A stretch of DNA of 64,000 nucleotides from an uncultured Candidatus Saccharibacteria bacterium (lineage in GTDB: Bacteria; Patescibacteriota; Minisyncoccia; Phycocordibacterales; UBA9973), in NCBI GenBank assembly GCA_964404925.1, contig CAYOLW010000004.1, positions 8,894 through 72,893 of the forward strand, read 5' to 3'. The notes under the pieces were generated by a model, which made no database searches, was not told the origin of the DNA, and saw nothing but the letters and a program-made list of their open reading frames with translations. Both the position numbers and the translations under genes were made by a program. Positions 47,203-57,442 of the stretch are shown in pieces (the first letter of the stretch is position 1; each line of letters opens with the position of its first letter).

Positions 47203-48249
47203 TTAAACAGCAGAAAACATATTGGCAATTTCTGTACCTCTTTGAAGTAAATCAAAGTAAGTTATAACTTCAATTCCGTGCAATGAATGATTCATTTTTC
47301 TTAAAGCCTCTCTTTTTTCCTGAGACCATTTTTCTCGGTTGCCAATCAAAATAAAAGCTCTGGGTTTTATGATTGAAACATCTGCGTTGTACACTTTTTT
47401 AATTTTATCCTGTAATTCATATCTAAAATGTTCGAGGTCGCAAAGATAATTAACAACCTGTCCAAGGGCGGTGTTAGTTTCAGGTGTCCATTTGTAAGCT
47501 CCTGGGTGATGTGAATCAGGAACAATGACATCATCTTCTGGTAATTTTATTTCTAGAATATCAAGAAAACCATCAACGGTCGGAAAAAGATAATCTGGCA
47601 TACTACCAGAAAGATTAATTCTTGTTTTCTCAAACGGGTCGCGATACTGAACACCAAAAATCCACGTATGCGCATATATCCATTTTTGCCAAGAATCTGG
47701 TCCAGTAGTTTCACTATATTTTTTCGTTAGTCTTTCTGAAAAATCAGACAGTACAGTTGCTCTTTCAGTTTGAATTTGTGATTGTGCAAGACGTAATGCC
47801 AATTCAGGATTTGCATCTCTTAGTAAGCTCCAGAATTCATCGGAATTATTATTGGCAATTAGTTGTGTTAAAATCTCGGACTTATTTGAATCACTGACAA
47901 TAACAACCTGATTTGCAGGTGCCGTAATATATTCCTGAACACCTTTTTCAATACCAAGTTTAGCAATTTCTTCTCTATCACGAATTGCACTGAAGAGTTT
48001 TTTTGTTGACTCAGTATTGAGCTCAATTTTAACCCCCTCGTGAAGGTTTAATGATATAAAGCTACGCTCCGTTAGTTCTTCCCATTTTTGACCACGTTCC
48101 TTTTTAAATTTAACAAGGGAACCACGTACACCTCCTTCGTGAATCTGCGGTTTAAAAACAAGAGCAGTATCAGGCGTTTGAGTTAAAAGAACCCAGCTCG
48201 AATCAACAATACCCTTACCAACTAGCTGAGTTTTTATTTTTTCTTCCAT
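47203..48249 (-). CDS. sduA: Shedu (SduA, DUF4263)-like anti-phage nuclease
   Basis: E..WQKWI....WIFG, PDYL, EIKLP, LGQV..Y, PRAFILIG, IEVITY.DL. Confidence 0.85.
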   Translation of the reverse strand: MEEKIKTQLVGKGIVDSSWVLLTQTPDTALVFKPQIHEGGVRGSLVKFKKERGQKWEELTERSFISLNLHEGVKIELNTESTKKLFSAIRDREEIAKLGIEKGVQEYITAPANQVVIVSDSNKSEILTQLIANNNSDEFWSLLRDANPELALRLAQSQIQTERATVLSDFSERLTKKYSETTGPDSWQKWIYAHTWIFGVQYRDPFEKTRINLSGSMPDYLFPTVDGFLDILEIKLPEDDVIVPDSHHPGAYKWTPETNTALGQVVNYLCDLEHFRYELQDKIKKVYNADVSIIKPRAFILIGNREKWSQEKREALRKMNHSLHGIEVITYFDLLQRGTEIANMFSAV

Positions 48250-48258
48250 AATTAATCT

Positions 48259-48819
48259 TTAGCAAAAATTTATTGCTGAAATAAAACAAATAATTATCCC
48301 AATAATCAACATATAGAAAGATAGATTAATACTGTTTTTTACAAAAGTAGGAGCTTTGTTGTCGTCCTGTTTACTCTCAACTTTCTTTGAGTTTTCCCTG
48401 TATGAATCCTGAAGACTCTCGTAGCTTTCTAAAAGTTGCTTCTCTTCAGTCTCTCCTCGACTAAATTGAGTGAGTTTACGACTAAATACCACCATGGGTT
48501 TTTCAAGATTCGCAACATACTCATAAAATGAGTGGTCGTTATCAATAGAAATTCGAAAAACATTAAGTGCCACAAGCAGAGAAGAAATTACAAGACCTAC
48601 CCCAAATAATGCAAGGGTATAGTTCTGAACCAAGTCCGATGAAACAAAAAATACAGAAATAACACTAAGAGAACCTGGAAATTTTATAAACTTATCCAAA
48701 TACTTCTCGATATTATCTGAGTGTTCTTTTTTAATAGGGGTCGATGTATCTTTAATGAAAGACACCACCCTATCTTGAAGCTCTCTCATGTTATCCAATT
48801 TTTTCTGATCGATTGCCAT
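48259..48819 (-). CDS. Hypothetical membrane protein
   Basis: 186 aa with about three hydrophobic segments, 9 nt upstream of Shedu. Confidence 0.6.
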   Translation of the reverse strand: MAIDQKKLDNMRELQDRVVSFIKDTSTPIKKEHSDNIEKYLDKFIKFPGSLSVISVFFVSSDLVQNYTLALFGVGLVISSLLVALNVFRISIDNDHSFYEYVANLEKPMVVFSRKLTQFSRGETEEKQLLESYESLQDSYRENSKKVESKQDDNKAPTFVKNSINLSFYMLIIGIIICFISAINFC

Positions 48820-48929
48820 ATTTTTATATTAACTAACTTACGAATCAATCGTACCGCATACTAGGCTAATTTCGCTCTATGCAAAACTCATGAAACGTAG
48901 CACTGACGCGTCCTGAGCGACGCTCTTGT

Positions 48930-49003
48930 TGGCTGGGGTACATGGATTCGAACCACGATTAAAGGCTTCAAAGGCCTCTGTCCTACCATTAGACGATACC
49001 CCA
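48930..49003 (-). tRNA. tRNA-Gln (TTG)
   Basis: Cloverleaf TGGGGTA...GAGGC-CTTTGAA-GCCTT...GGTTCGAATCC...TACCCCA-G-CCA; U1-A72. Confidence 0.95.
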
Positions 49004-49084
49004 ATACATAATATTCACAACCTAATACCGAAATACATTACCATATTTTGGCTGAATTTGCACATACTTTATTCAAAAATTAAG

Positions 49085-49486
49085 CTATCCCAGCCTTTTT
49101 AACACTCCTTTGTTTTTAACTATATTTTTATAATCCCATTGGATTTCTTTGGATTTTTTGAGCCACCTTTTAAGGCTAGGCAGTTTTATTTCGCTCACAT
49201 CGGTATAGAAAGCTTCGGCTGCCTTGAACTTGCCTTCTGGTAGCAAATCCTTCTCGCTAAAATCCTGCCCACTGAAAAACATCACAGACACTCTGTCCCC
49301 CTTCCTCACTGAATACGCCACAACAGGATTACCCTCCAGGAACCACACTGGGCTCCCGTGCCAAATCTTGGATTCGCTTTTCTTGAGCGATGCATTGATA
49401 ATTTCTTCTAAGACTTTACATATTTTTTTAATTTTTATCGGTTGCAGTTTATTGTATTCTGCAATTGTTTTCGCTGTGTTTTTCAT
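49085..49486 (-). CDS. DUF1801 family protein
   Basis: ESKIWHGSPVWFLEGNP, FFSGQDF, QWDYKNIVK. Confidence 0.85.
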   Translation of the reverse strand: MKNTAKTIAEYNKLQPIKIKKICKVLEEIINASLKKSESKIWHGSPVWFLEGNPVVAYSVRKGDRVSVMFFSGQDFSEKDLLPEGKFKAAEAFYTDVSEIKLPSLKRWLKKSKEIQWDYKNIVKNKGVLKRLG

Positions 49487-49531
49487 ACGTATTATTCTAT
49501 ATTAATTTTATATATATTCATACCTCACAAC

Positions 49532-49562
49532 AAAACACCCTGGGTTTAACCAGGGTGTTTTT
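49532..49562. terminator. Intrinsic terminator
   Basis: AAAACACCCTGG-GTTTAA-CCAGGGTGTTTTT. Confidence 0.8.
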
Positions 49563-49587
49563 AGATAGTCGATTTATAGGATGCTAA

Positions 49588-49725
49588 TTATTGTAGACTC
49601 ACGTTTCTCACCACAGTGGCGTCGATAGTGTTGTCTGCGTTCACCATACCGTGTATTCGAACCTGATTGCCTACTTGAAAGCTATTCAAAGCTGCAGCTA
49701 ACCATTTCTCGTTGTAGTCGCCACA
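49588..49725 (-). pseudogene. 3' remnant of a DUF5666-like gene
   Basis: ..AALNSFQVGNQVRIHGMVNADNTIDATVVRNVSLQ* with no intact N-terminus, followed by terminator. Confidence 0.5.
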
Positions 49726-49760
49726 TTACATTGACGTAAATTGGTTTATGTCTTTTAAAT

Positions 49761-51497
49761 TTATTCCCCTACCTGTTCACGCCACATAGCAGCGTAGAGT
49801 CCGCTCTTAGCTAGCAGTTCCTTGTGACTACCGGATTCAATTACTTTACCTTTTTCTAGTACATATATTCGGTCTGCATGCATCACGGTAGACAGCCTGT
49901 GTGCCACCAGGATAGTAATGAGGCTTTTCTCAGCTGATAACTCAGCCATAGTCTTGGTTATTTCCGCTTCGGTTATAGAGTCGAGCGCAGATGTAGCTTC
50001 GTCGAACACCAGCATGGTTGGCTTGCGCAGTAGCGCTCGAGCGATGGATAGCCGCTGTTTCTCTCCGCCAGAAATCTTCACCCCGCCTTCGCCGATGGTT
50101 GTATCAATTCCTTTTTCAGCTCGTTCGAGTAGACTACCGCAAGCACTTTTATCCAGCACTTCGTACATTTCTTTCTCTGTTGCATTTGGATTTACAAATA
50201 GCAGATTCTCTCGGATGGTACCTGCGAACAATTGAGTGTCTTGGGTGACGAATCCTATTTGTGATCGCAATTCATTGAGGTCTATATCACTACCGGATAT
50301 GTCGTTGTAATACACTTCACCAGCATGTGGTTGGTACAGCCTCACCAATAGTTTAATCAAACTTGTTTTACCTGATCCTGATGGACCCACGAATGCCACA
50401 GTCTCGCCCTTTTTAACTTCAAACGAAACCTGACTCAAGGCTTCCTTGTCTGCGCTTTTATATTTGAAATCAACTTCTTTGAAAGATAATTTTTCCACCA
50501 ATCCAAGCGGTTTTGGATTCTCAGGCTGTGCCTCGCCCGGGATTGATAGAATACTTTTGAATTTCTCCATAGAAGCTTCGGCTTCTCTATATGAAGTAAT
50601 CACATCGCCAATCTGCTGCAACGGAGTAAAGATAAAGAATGAATATATGTACAAAGAGAAGAATTGACCAAAGGTGATCGTTTGTTTAAAAACTAAATAC
50701 AACAGGAATAAAAGCACAACGTTGCGTAGTAAATTCACCAATGTTCCCTGTACAAAACTAATACTGCGGACATAGCGCAGTTTTTTTAATTCGAGTTTCA
50801 GTATTTTATCTGTTGTATTGCCGAGTCGTTTTATTTCTTGATTAGCGAGTCCCAAACTTTTTACAAGTTCAATATTCCTCAATGATTCAGTAGTAGATCC
50901 GGATAATGCTGTAGTTTCGGCCACTATTTGCTTTTGCACTTGTTTGACCTTTTTGGTCATGGCGTAGCTGGCTCCACCTAATATAGGAATGGTCAATCCG
51001 TACATAAGTGCCACACCCCAATACAATGTCGCCGCATAGATAGTGACGAACAAGAACCCAACCAAAGAAACAAATACAACATTAATAAGTAGGTTCAAAT
51101 ATTTCTCGGCGTCACTACGCGCTTTCTGAAGTAGGCTTAGGGTTTCTCCAGAACGCTGGTCTTCAAACACTTCATAAGGTAAAGACAGCGAATGCATCAC
51201 ACCCTCCTGATACATAACAGCCCCTGAACGCTGAGTGACAGTATTCAGATAATAATCTTGGAAGTTTTTGGCTACCCTCGATACAAAGACTATACCAATA
51301 GCCAGTAGTATAAGCCCGGCCACCCCAGTAAAAAACTCTTTACTGGTATAGTCTCCTGGTTTAGATGCATATTCGTCGATGATATGCTGGAAAATTATCG
51401 GATCGATTAAAGAGAAAATCTGGTTCACGACCGCAAGCCCAAGCACCAACGCACACAGTTTCCAGTACCTTTTTAAGTACGAATATAATATAGACAT
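49761..51497 (-). CDS. ABC exporter, fused TMD-NBD (MsbA/MdlB-like)
   Basis: GPSGSGKT, ISGGEKQR, DEATSALD, AHRLST. Confidence 0.95.
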   Translation of the reverse strand: MSILYSYLKRYWKLCALVLGLAVVNQIFSLIDPIIFQHIIDEYASKPGDYTSKEFFTGVAGLILLAIGIVFVSRVAKNFQDYYLNTVTQRSGAVMYQEGVMHSLSLPYEVFEDQRSGETLSLLQKARSDAEKYLNLLINVVFVSLVGFLFVTIYAATLYWGVALMYGLTIPILGGASYAMTKKVKQVQKQIVAETTALSGSTTESLRNIELVKSLGLANQEIKRLGNTTDKILKLELKKLRYVRSISFVQGTLVNLLRNVVLLFLLYLVFKQTITFGQFFSLYIYSFFIFTPLQQIGDVITSYREAEASMEKFKSILSIPGEAQPENPKPLGLVEKLSFKEVDFKYKSADKEALSQVSFEVKKGETVAFVGPSGSGKTSLIKLLVRLYQPHAGEVYYNDISGSDIDLNELRSQIGFVTQDTQLFAGTIRENLLFVNPNATEKEMYEVLDKSACGSLLERAEKGIDTTIGEGGVKISGGEKQRLSIARALLRKPTMLVFDEATSALDSITEAEITKTMAELSAEKSLITILVAHRLSTVMHADRIYVLEKGKVIESGSHKELLAKSGLYAAMWREQVGE

Positions 51498-51512
51498 GAA
51501 CCTATATTAGCA

Positions 51513-52589
51513 TTATTTTTTGATTTCTTTCAAAGTTGGAATTGGGTATGATTCTATAACTCTAATCCGCAATCGGCCAATGGTGTGCCCTTTTAGGGTT
51601 TCAATGTTCACTCGCCATTTTCCTTTATCCAAATTGCTAATCTTGGAATACGTACGGAATCCTCCTTCACGCCCACCGATCACAGGCAGCTTCACTGTTG
51701 ATTTGGTAACCCATGTTTTAATTACTGGGTCATACCATTGCCATTCGTGTACTATTTCAGTCATAAATCCAGGTGGAGAAAAAACAGCACTAAAAGCATA
51801 AACAGGATTATGAGTCAGGTGCATGGGCTCATAAAGTACGAAAGCATTCCACCAAGGCCTAGCCTCATCAATGATGCGGTAGTTTCCGTCTTCTGTGCGA
51901 GACACCTGATGATACACTCCGCCGGAATTCATAGCGAAAGGTATGGGCGGTATCAGGTTAGCAAAATACAATATGTTTATTATAGCGAAAATACTTAACA
52001 ATATTGCAGATAAAGTCATTCTGAGTTTTTGGCTACCACGGACAACAAAACGAAACAAAACTTCAGTAAATATAGCCACAAAGGTCAGACTCACAACTCC
52101 TGCAAGTAGGAAAATCAAAGGACTAATTTTATGTGCAAGAACTGGCACAATAAAGATTGCAAATGTGTAAACAGACAGGAAAAACAAAGCAATCTGAAAT
52201 CCCAAACGCGCTCTATGCTTTTTTAAATATTCATTAGCGATAAAGATAGCAAGTAATAAGACATAAAAAGGTAGCGAAGCAAAGAAGTCTCCACTCCGGA
52301 AATAGAAAACTAAATATGTAGAAAATATGCCTCCAAACAAGAACTGCAAAGCAGACAGATACCAGAAATGCATTCCGCTTTTTTCTTCACCACGTTTTTC
52401 CTCGTACTGGATTTGGAAAATCAATATACCCACTGCCACAATGTGCGCAATAATCCAGAAATTCTCCCAGAACAAATCCACCCTTCTTAGGGTTAGTATG
52501 TTAACGATAAAACCAGGCACCAAAAATATTGATGATATTTGCCTGTCATATTTAATATAGAAACGCTCAATTCTATGCCAGAAACTCAT
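51513..52589 (-). CDS. DUF2914 domain membrane protein
   Basis: Multi-TM, NLIPPIP, GGREGGFRTYS, GKWRV. Confidence 0.8.
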   Translation of the reverse strand: MSFWHRIERFYIKYDRQISSIFLVPGFIVNILTLRRVDLFWENFWIIAHIVAVGILIFQIQYEEKRGEEKSGMHFWYLSALQFLFGGIFSTYLVFYFRSGDFFASLPFYVLLLAIFIANEYLKKHRARLGFQIALFFLSVYTFAIFIVPVLAHKISPLIFLLAGVVSLTFVAIFTEVLFRFVVRGSQKLRMTLSAILLSIFAIINILYFANLIPPIPFAMNSGGVYHQVSRTEDGNYRIIDEARPWWNAFVLYEPMHLTHNPVYAFSAVFSPPGFMTEIVHEWQWYDPVIKTWVTKSTVKLPVIGGREGGFRTYSKISNLDKGKWRVNIETLKGHTIGRLRIRVIESYPIPTLKEIKK

Positions 52590-52595
52590 GATTAG

Positions 52596-53126
52596 TTATT
52601 CTGATCTGTCTTCTAGTATAGCTGTCAGAGTCGCACAATCCATTTGCCACATTGGGAATCCAGGTGTTACTTTCGTCTTGTCTTTATAGGCATAAGTGCC
52701 GTCGCCTTTATCCACCATTTCACCGAACAATGCCACCGCTGAGCCTTCCCCGAATTCAATCAATAATTCCTCTTTGTTTTCTGTTCCTTCAGCCATAGCA
52801 GTCCAAGTAACCTCAGCTACGCGCCCTGAAATATTAGAATCGAACGCTCCCACGGTACCCTCGAAATTACCAACCTTTGAATCCTTTTCAGCTGGCACAT
52901 AATAGTGCTCGCCAGTTACCTTGCCACCGTCGATGTCCAATCGTACCCACTCTCGATCTTCTGTATCGTTCCTGGTTTTATCGGCATAGTAATAACACAT
53001 AGACACTATACTTGATTCATCTGTTTTTACTTCTGTGGGTGTTGGCTGTTTATAGTATTTAAAATAAAACACGAGACCACCTGCAATTAAGATAATAAAA
53101 AATAGTGCAATAATATTTTTCTTCAT
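52596..53126 (-). CDS. Membrane-anchored hypothetical protein
   Basis: N-terminal TM from MKKNII; PAEKDSKVG motif. Confidence 0.65.
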   Translation of the reverse strand: MKKNIIALFFIILIAGGLVFYFKYYKQPTPTEVKTDESSIVSMCYYYADKTRNDTEDREWVRLDIDGGKVTGEHYYVPAEKDSKVGNFEGTVGAFDSNISGRVAEVTWTAMAEGTENKEELLIEFGEGSAVALFGEMVDKGDGTYAYKDKTKVTPGFPMWQMDCATLTAILEDRSE

Positions 53127-53143
53127 ACCTACATTATATATCT

Positions 53144-54415
53144 TTATTTGTTGCCTGTCGCTGCATTTGCCCCAGCCACAAACCCGCTCGTCCAGCATAC
53201 CTGCAGAGAGTATCCACCGGAGGGTCTATTGATGTGCAACAAGTCCCCCGTAATATATAAATTTTGTACAACTTTAGATCGCATGGTCCGAGTGTCTATC
53301 TCCTCGAGCACCACGCCACCGTCGGCTACCACCGCATGATCGTATCCTTTTAGATTAGTGATATGTACTGGTAATGATTTAACGGTATCCACTATTTTCC
53401 TCCTTTGTGTTTTTGTAATACTGTGGACCTTGGTTTCTAGATCGATATCTGCCAAAAGCATACTTATACCAGGCAGCGAACCTTCGGGTAATATTTCCTT
53501 TAATACATTTTTTAAAATTTTATTTTTATTTTCGTCAAAGGTTTTTGTAATTGATTTATCGAGTGTACCGATATCCATATCTGGGTACAAGTCTATGCTG
53601 GCAGTTACCTCACTACTCTGTAGCCATCCGCCAATCTGGCTTGCGGTATTTAATATCGTTGGACCCGAAAGCCCGAAATGAGTACAGAGTATGTTTCCCT
53701 TTTTTGCTAACTGCTTTTTACCTTCAGCATAAAAAGTTATTTTTGCATCCAAGGCTCGCCCAGAAATAGCATGCACCCATTTATCAGACACCACCACCGG
53801 GACGATGGACGGCGTGGGAGGTTTAACCTTGTGACCTAAATCTCGCAACCAATTAAATCCGTCCCCGGTAGATCCGGTCTCAGGATGTGATACTCCGCCT
53901 GTGGCTAATATATAATTTCGTGCTGTATAAATATTTTTGCCACACTCTACGCCTGTGATTTTACCTTCTTTTATTAAAATTTTACTAACTGGTGAATTGG
54001 TCTTGACCTCTACTTTGTTTTTCTGCATATAGACGATGAGTTTGTTTAACACATCTGCTGCACGCTCAGTTTTAGGAAAAGCGCGATTCCGACCCTCCAC
54101 AATCAATGGCAAACCTAAAGACTCAAAGAAAGAAAAAGTCTCTTTCACTCCGAATTCTGAAAAAGGAGAAAAAAGGAAGGGTGCCGCCGTTCCATAATTC
54201 TGCAACAATAGACGAGTATCGTACGTGGCGTTGGTGATGTTGCACCTGCCTCCTCCGGTGATCTTGAGCTTGTGGCCCAATGTCTTGTTCTTCTCAAGCA
54301 AAAGCACCTGTGCACCGAGTGCACCTGCCCGGCCAGCGGCCATCATGCCAGATGCACCGCCGCCGACTACTATTACATCGTATTCATTTTTTGAATTGTT
54401 ATTTACTTTTTTCAT
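53144..54415 (-). CDS. HI0933/YhiN family flavoprotein
   Basis: GGGASG, TGGGRCNITN, ATGG.S.P..GSTGDG, GGYSLQ. Confidence 0.92.
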   Translation of the reverse strand: MKKVNNNSKNEYDVIVVGGGASGMMAAGRAGALGAQVLLLEKNKTLGHKLKITGGGRCNITNATYDTRLLLQNYGTAAPFLFSPFSEFGVKETFSFFESLGLPLIVEGRNRAFPKTERAADVLNKLIVYMQKNKVEVKTNSPVSKILIKEGKITGVECGKNIYTARNYILATGGVSHPETGSTGDGFNWLRDLGHKVKPPTPSIVPVVVSDKWVHAISGRALDAKITFYAEGKKQLAKKGNILCTHFGLSGPTILNTASQIGGWLQSSEVTASIDLYPDMDIGTLDKSITKTFDENKNKILKNVLKEILPEGSLPGISMLLADIDLETKVHSITKTQRRKIVDTVKSLPVHITNLKGYDHAVVADGGVVLEEIDTRTMRSKVVQNLYITGDLLHINRPSGGYSLQVCWTSGFVAGANAATGNK

Positions 54416-54522
54416 TCAAATTTATCTGGCACCTGGAGGTAATTTAACACGAAAAATCATTAAAAACTATAAATTAGCAAAATAAAAAAGCCTCCTAGAG
54501 ACTTCTTTATTTCAAAATACCA

Positions 54523-54630
54523 TTAAGCTGTGTGTTCTTCTGTTGCTTCAGTTGCTTCGGTCGCTTCAGCTGCGTGCTCTGCAGGTACTGCTGCTTCTTC
54601 TACTGGCTTTACTTCTTGTTCGTTATCCAT
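54523..54630 (-). CDS. Tiny acidic peptide (35 aa)
   Basis: MDNEQEVKPVEEAAVPAEHAAEATEATEATEEHTA*; upstream TGcTAAACT -10 and downstream terminator-like hairpin. Confidence 0.6.
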   Translation of the reverse strand: MDNEQEVKPVEEAAVPAEHAAEATEATEATEEHTA

Positions 54631-54704
54631 ATAAATTTAAGCTAATTCGTGCTAATTGCGACTATGCCTGAGTTTAGCACAGATAACAGGATAAAGATAC
54701 CGTA

Positions 54705-55295
54705 TTAAACCCTCATACCCCAAGCATTGGCGCCTGGGTTCCTTTCTTGCCTAGATAGGGCAAACTGCCAACCCGAGAAAATCAGAAGTGCGACCAGTGT
54801 CCCTATCTTGTAATACACCCATCCAGCCGGGGTTAAATACATGAGGGCTAATTGGTTTGACCCAGATAGCATAAAAGCAAAGGCTGCCCATCGAAAAGAC
54901 ACCACCTTCCACCCATGTTCAGTAATATCAAATATAGAGATGAACCATTTTTTGAGGATGAGAGTACCCTGCATGTGATACCCGAGGATAATAAAACCAA
55001 ATATCCCCCAGAACAATGTGTCTTTGAATATTATATAGTCTGGGTTACGCAGGAATACCGTTGCTAGACCAAATACAAGTATGGAACCCGAAGCAAAAAG
55101 TGAGAATACCGCTACCCTTTTTTCAATAAAGATAGACAGCAAGAAAGCAATCAACACAACCCCGACCAAAACCATCGTCGCCCGAATAAAATCAAAGAAA
55201 TTAAATGCTACAAAAAACGCCAGTATCGGACCGAATTCAATAAACAGATTCAGTGCCAGCCGTCTGGTCAAAAATGGTATTTTTTTATTTTCCAT
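54705..55295 (-). CDS. Intracellular septation protein A (YciB/IspZ) family
   Basis: EFGPILAFF, FGLAT, IIFKDT, WVYYK; start set at MENKK. Confidence 0.8.
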   Translation of the reverse strand: MENKKIPFLTRRLALNLFIEFGPILAFFVAFNFFDFIRATMVLVGVVLIAFLLSIFIEKRVAVFSLFASGSILVFGLATVFLRNPDYIIFKDTLFWGIFGFIILGYHMQGTLILKKWFISIFDITEHGWKVVSFRWAAFAFMLSGSNQLALMYLTPAGWVYYKIGTLVALLIFSGWQFALSRQERNPGANAWGMRV

Positions 55296-56064
55296 TTTTG
55301 TTTTTTGGAAACCACGGAATGAACTTGCTGACCCGTGCTTTGTATTCTGGGAAATCTGGATGACTGGCCATTTTGGCCTCGAGCATGGGCACACCGGAAA
55401 CCTTGAGTAATAGAAAAGTAATTAATATCGGGCCGATTATACTCACTGGTCCGTACTGTGTGTTGAGCGCAATAATCCAGATACCCCACCACATTGTAGC
55501 CTCACCGAAATAATTCGGATGCCTGGTATATGCCCAGAGACCAGACTGCATGAGCTTGCCTTTGTTCTCGGGATTTTTTAGAAATTTAGCTAATTGCGCA
55601 TCACCTGTAACTTCAAAAATAAAACCAATAATCCAAACAGCAACCCCTACATAGTCTATCCAAGTAAAACCACTGCCACGATATATGCTTATGGCAATAA
55701 TAGGTGACGCAATGACGAGTAATAATAATCCTTGAAACAAGAAAACTTGTAGATAACTCCGGATCAGAAACCATTTGCCCCACTGTTCCCGCCAAGCCTG
55801 ATAACGATAGTCCTCTGTTTTATTTCTGTTGCGTATATATATATGAGCAGACAAACGAGTCGCCCAAATAGCAACCATCACCGCCACCAACAAACCACGA
55901 TCAAAATCCAATCCACTTAGAAAATAAGAAACCAATGCGACGATTAGAAATCCGAGTCCCCAGGCTACGTCAGCCAGGTCGTTTCTTTTTTTTATTTGAG
56001 CAACTATGAACCACAGTGTTGCATGACAGAATATGATTAAACCAAGCAATGATATAGTCGCCAT
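55285..56064 (-). CDS. DUF1295 (steroid 5-alpha reductase-like) membrane protein
   Basis: DVAWG, EDYRY, GLWAYTRHPNYFGE. Confidence 0.9.
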   Translation of the reverse strand: MATISLLGLIIFCHATLWFIVAQIKKRNDLADVAWGLGFLIVALVSYFLSGLDFDRGLLVAVMVAIWATRLSAHIYIRNRNKTEDYRYQAWREQWGKWFLIRSYLQVFLFQGLLLLVIASPIIAISIYRGSGFTWIDYVGVAVWIIGFIFEVTGDAQLAKFLKNPENKGKLMQSGLWAYTRHPNYFGEATMWWGIWIIALNTQYGPVSIIGPILITFLLLKVSGVPMLEAKMASHPDFPEYKARVSKFIPWFPKNKNGK

Positions 56065-56468
56065 TATGCGAAGTATTTAGTTATATAAAAAGCAATGACT
56101 GCGGCAATTCCGGTTAGCAATGCACCCCAGAGCATATCAACCACGCTCACCACTGTAGGCCAAGATTTAAGCGTAGCCTGATTAGTCAGGTCATATGTGG
56201 CATAAGCAGAGAAACCAAACAATGCCCCAAACAGGAATACCTTTAATGCACTTGAACCATTGTCGACAGCCGGAGCCACCACCAACACAGATAATGCAAA
56301 GGTGTATATGATATAGAAAATTCCAGCAGGCAGTAGGTTAGGACTCTCTGCCATTAGATGCCCTATATGCCGCGAATAGAAAGTCTTGGCCATCGTGGAT
56401 AGCCAGATTGCATCAATAGCGAGCATCGAAACCAAAGCCGAGACGAAACCAATTAAAATATTTTGCAT
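56064..56468 (-). CDS. DUF2177 membrane protein
   Basis: DAIWL, YATYDLTNQATL..W...VDMLWG. Confidence 0.85.
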   Translation of the reverse strand: MQNILIGFVSALVSMLAIDAIWLSTMAKTFYSRHIGHLMAESPNLLPAGIFYIIYTFALSVLVVAPAVDNGSSALKVFLFGALFGFSAYATYDLTNQATLKSWPTVVSVVDMLWGALLTGIAAVIAFYITKYFA

Positions 56469-56500
56469 GGTTATATTATAGCATTTTGATTGACGCAATT

Positions 56501-56734
56501 TTATAGAAAGTTACCAATTCCACCACCATCAGCAACAGCAGTAAAACCAGCAGCCTCAAGCATGCCTTTGGCCATCATGGACCTATTACCAGATTCACAA
56601 TACAAAGTAATCTCTGCATCATGCGGCACCTCAGGGAAACGCCCATACATCATATCCATTATGTCGTGATTTAATGCGCCATCTACATGCCCTGAATCAT
56701 ATTCGCCTTTCGTTCTTACATCAATTAAAATCAT
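56501..56734 (-). CDS. Single-domain rhodanese
   Basis: IDVRT..EY..GH..GA, YCESGNRS. Confidence 0.9.
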   Translation of the reverse strand: MILIDVRTKGEYDSGHVDGALNHDIMDMMYGRFPEVPHDAEITLYCESGNRSMMAKGMLEAAGFTAVADGGGIGNFL

Positions 56735-56743
56735 ATTTTTATA

Positions 56744-57127
56744 CTACTTTATTAAAACAATACTGGTTAACGCCATGAGCAGAACCAGAATAGCGGGTAA
56801 AGCTCGAATAAAAGGATCCTTTACCTTAATGTGCATGGACACCGCACCTATCATAAGAAAAACCAAAAGTCCTGATGCTGGATAGACAAGCTCGGGTATC
56901 CAAAAGCCTGCAATCATCGATGCGGCAATCAGCATCTTGGCCCCACCAACTAAATACATGAACCATGTAGGCAAACCATAAGCTAGAAATTCTGCTTGCA
57001 TACTATCCGCACCCATGCCCCGGTATTTCGTCGCCTTGCGGAAACGCACAAGCCATACATTAATCAAACCCAAAGCGATAACAATCTGCAGAACATATCC
57101 CACATACATTTGTATTGTTTCTGGCAT
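56744..57127 (-). CDS. DoxX-like membrane protein
   Basis: NVWLVR, EF.AYGLP, GAVSMHIKVKDP. Confidence 0.8.
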   Translation of the reverse strand: MPETIQMYVGYVLQIVIALGLINVWLVRFRKATKYRGMGADSMQAEFLAYGLPTWFMYLVGGAKMLIAASMIAGFWIPELVYPASGLLVFLMIGAVSMHIKVKDPFIRALPAILVLLMALTSIVLIK

Positions 57128-57131
57128 AAAT

Positions 57132-57374
57132 TTAAAAATAATTTTTAATATTAATATTATACACCCAGGACTGTATCTGCCTGTCCAAATGCACTTGTTC
57201 ATGCAGAAGCATTGCGAGGTTGTGTTTATGAGGATCAGCCTTGTGTAAATCTATAAAAACACTTTCTGGAAAGTAGATAAATGGATACACAGTAGCAGCT
57301 ACATCCACAGAAAAAAATGGTATGAATTTCCACCATTTTGGTATTTTCTTTATTATTGTCCAATCAATCTGCAT
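57132..57374 (-). pseudogene. Truncated HExxH zinc-metalloprotease-like gene
   Basis: HEQVH motif near the end; frame then runs into AT-rich promoter-like sequence and stops. Confidence 0.5.
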
Positions 57375-57413
57375 TTTTATATATCATAACTCTAACATTC
57401 TGAAAAATACCAA

Positions 57414-57442
57414 AAATCTATTCTAGTTTTTTGCAAAATGCT
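57414..57442. repeat. 29-bp direct repeat, copy 1 (overlaps HTH gene stop)
   Basis: AAATCTATTCTAGTTTTTTGCAAAATGCT, identical to 57702-57730. Confidence 0.95.
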
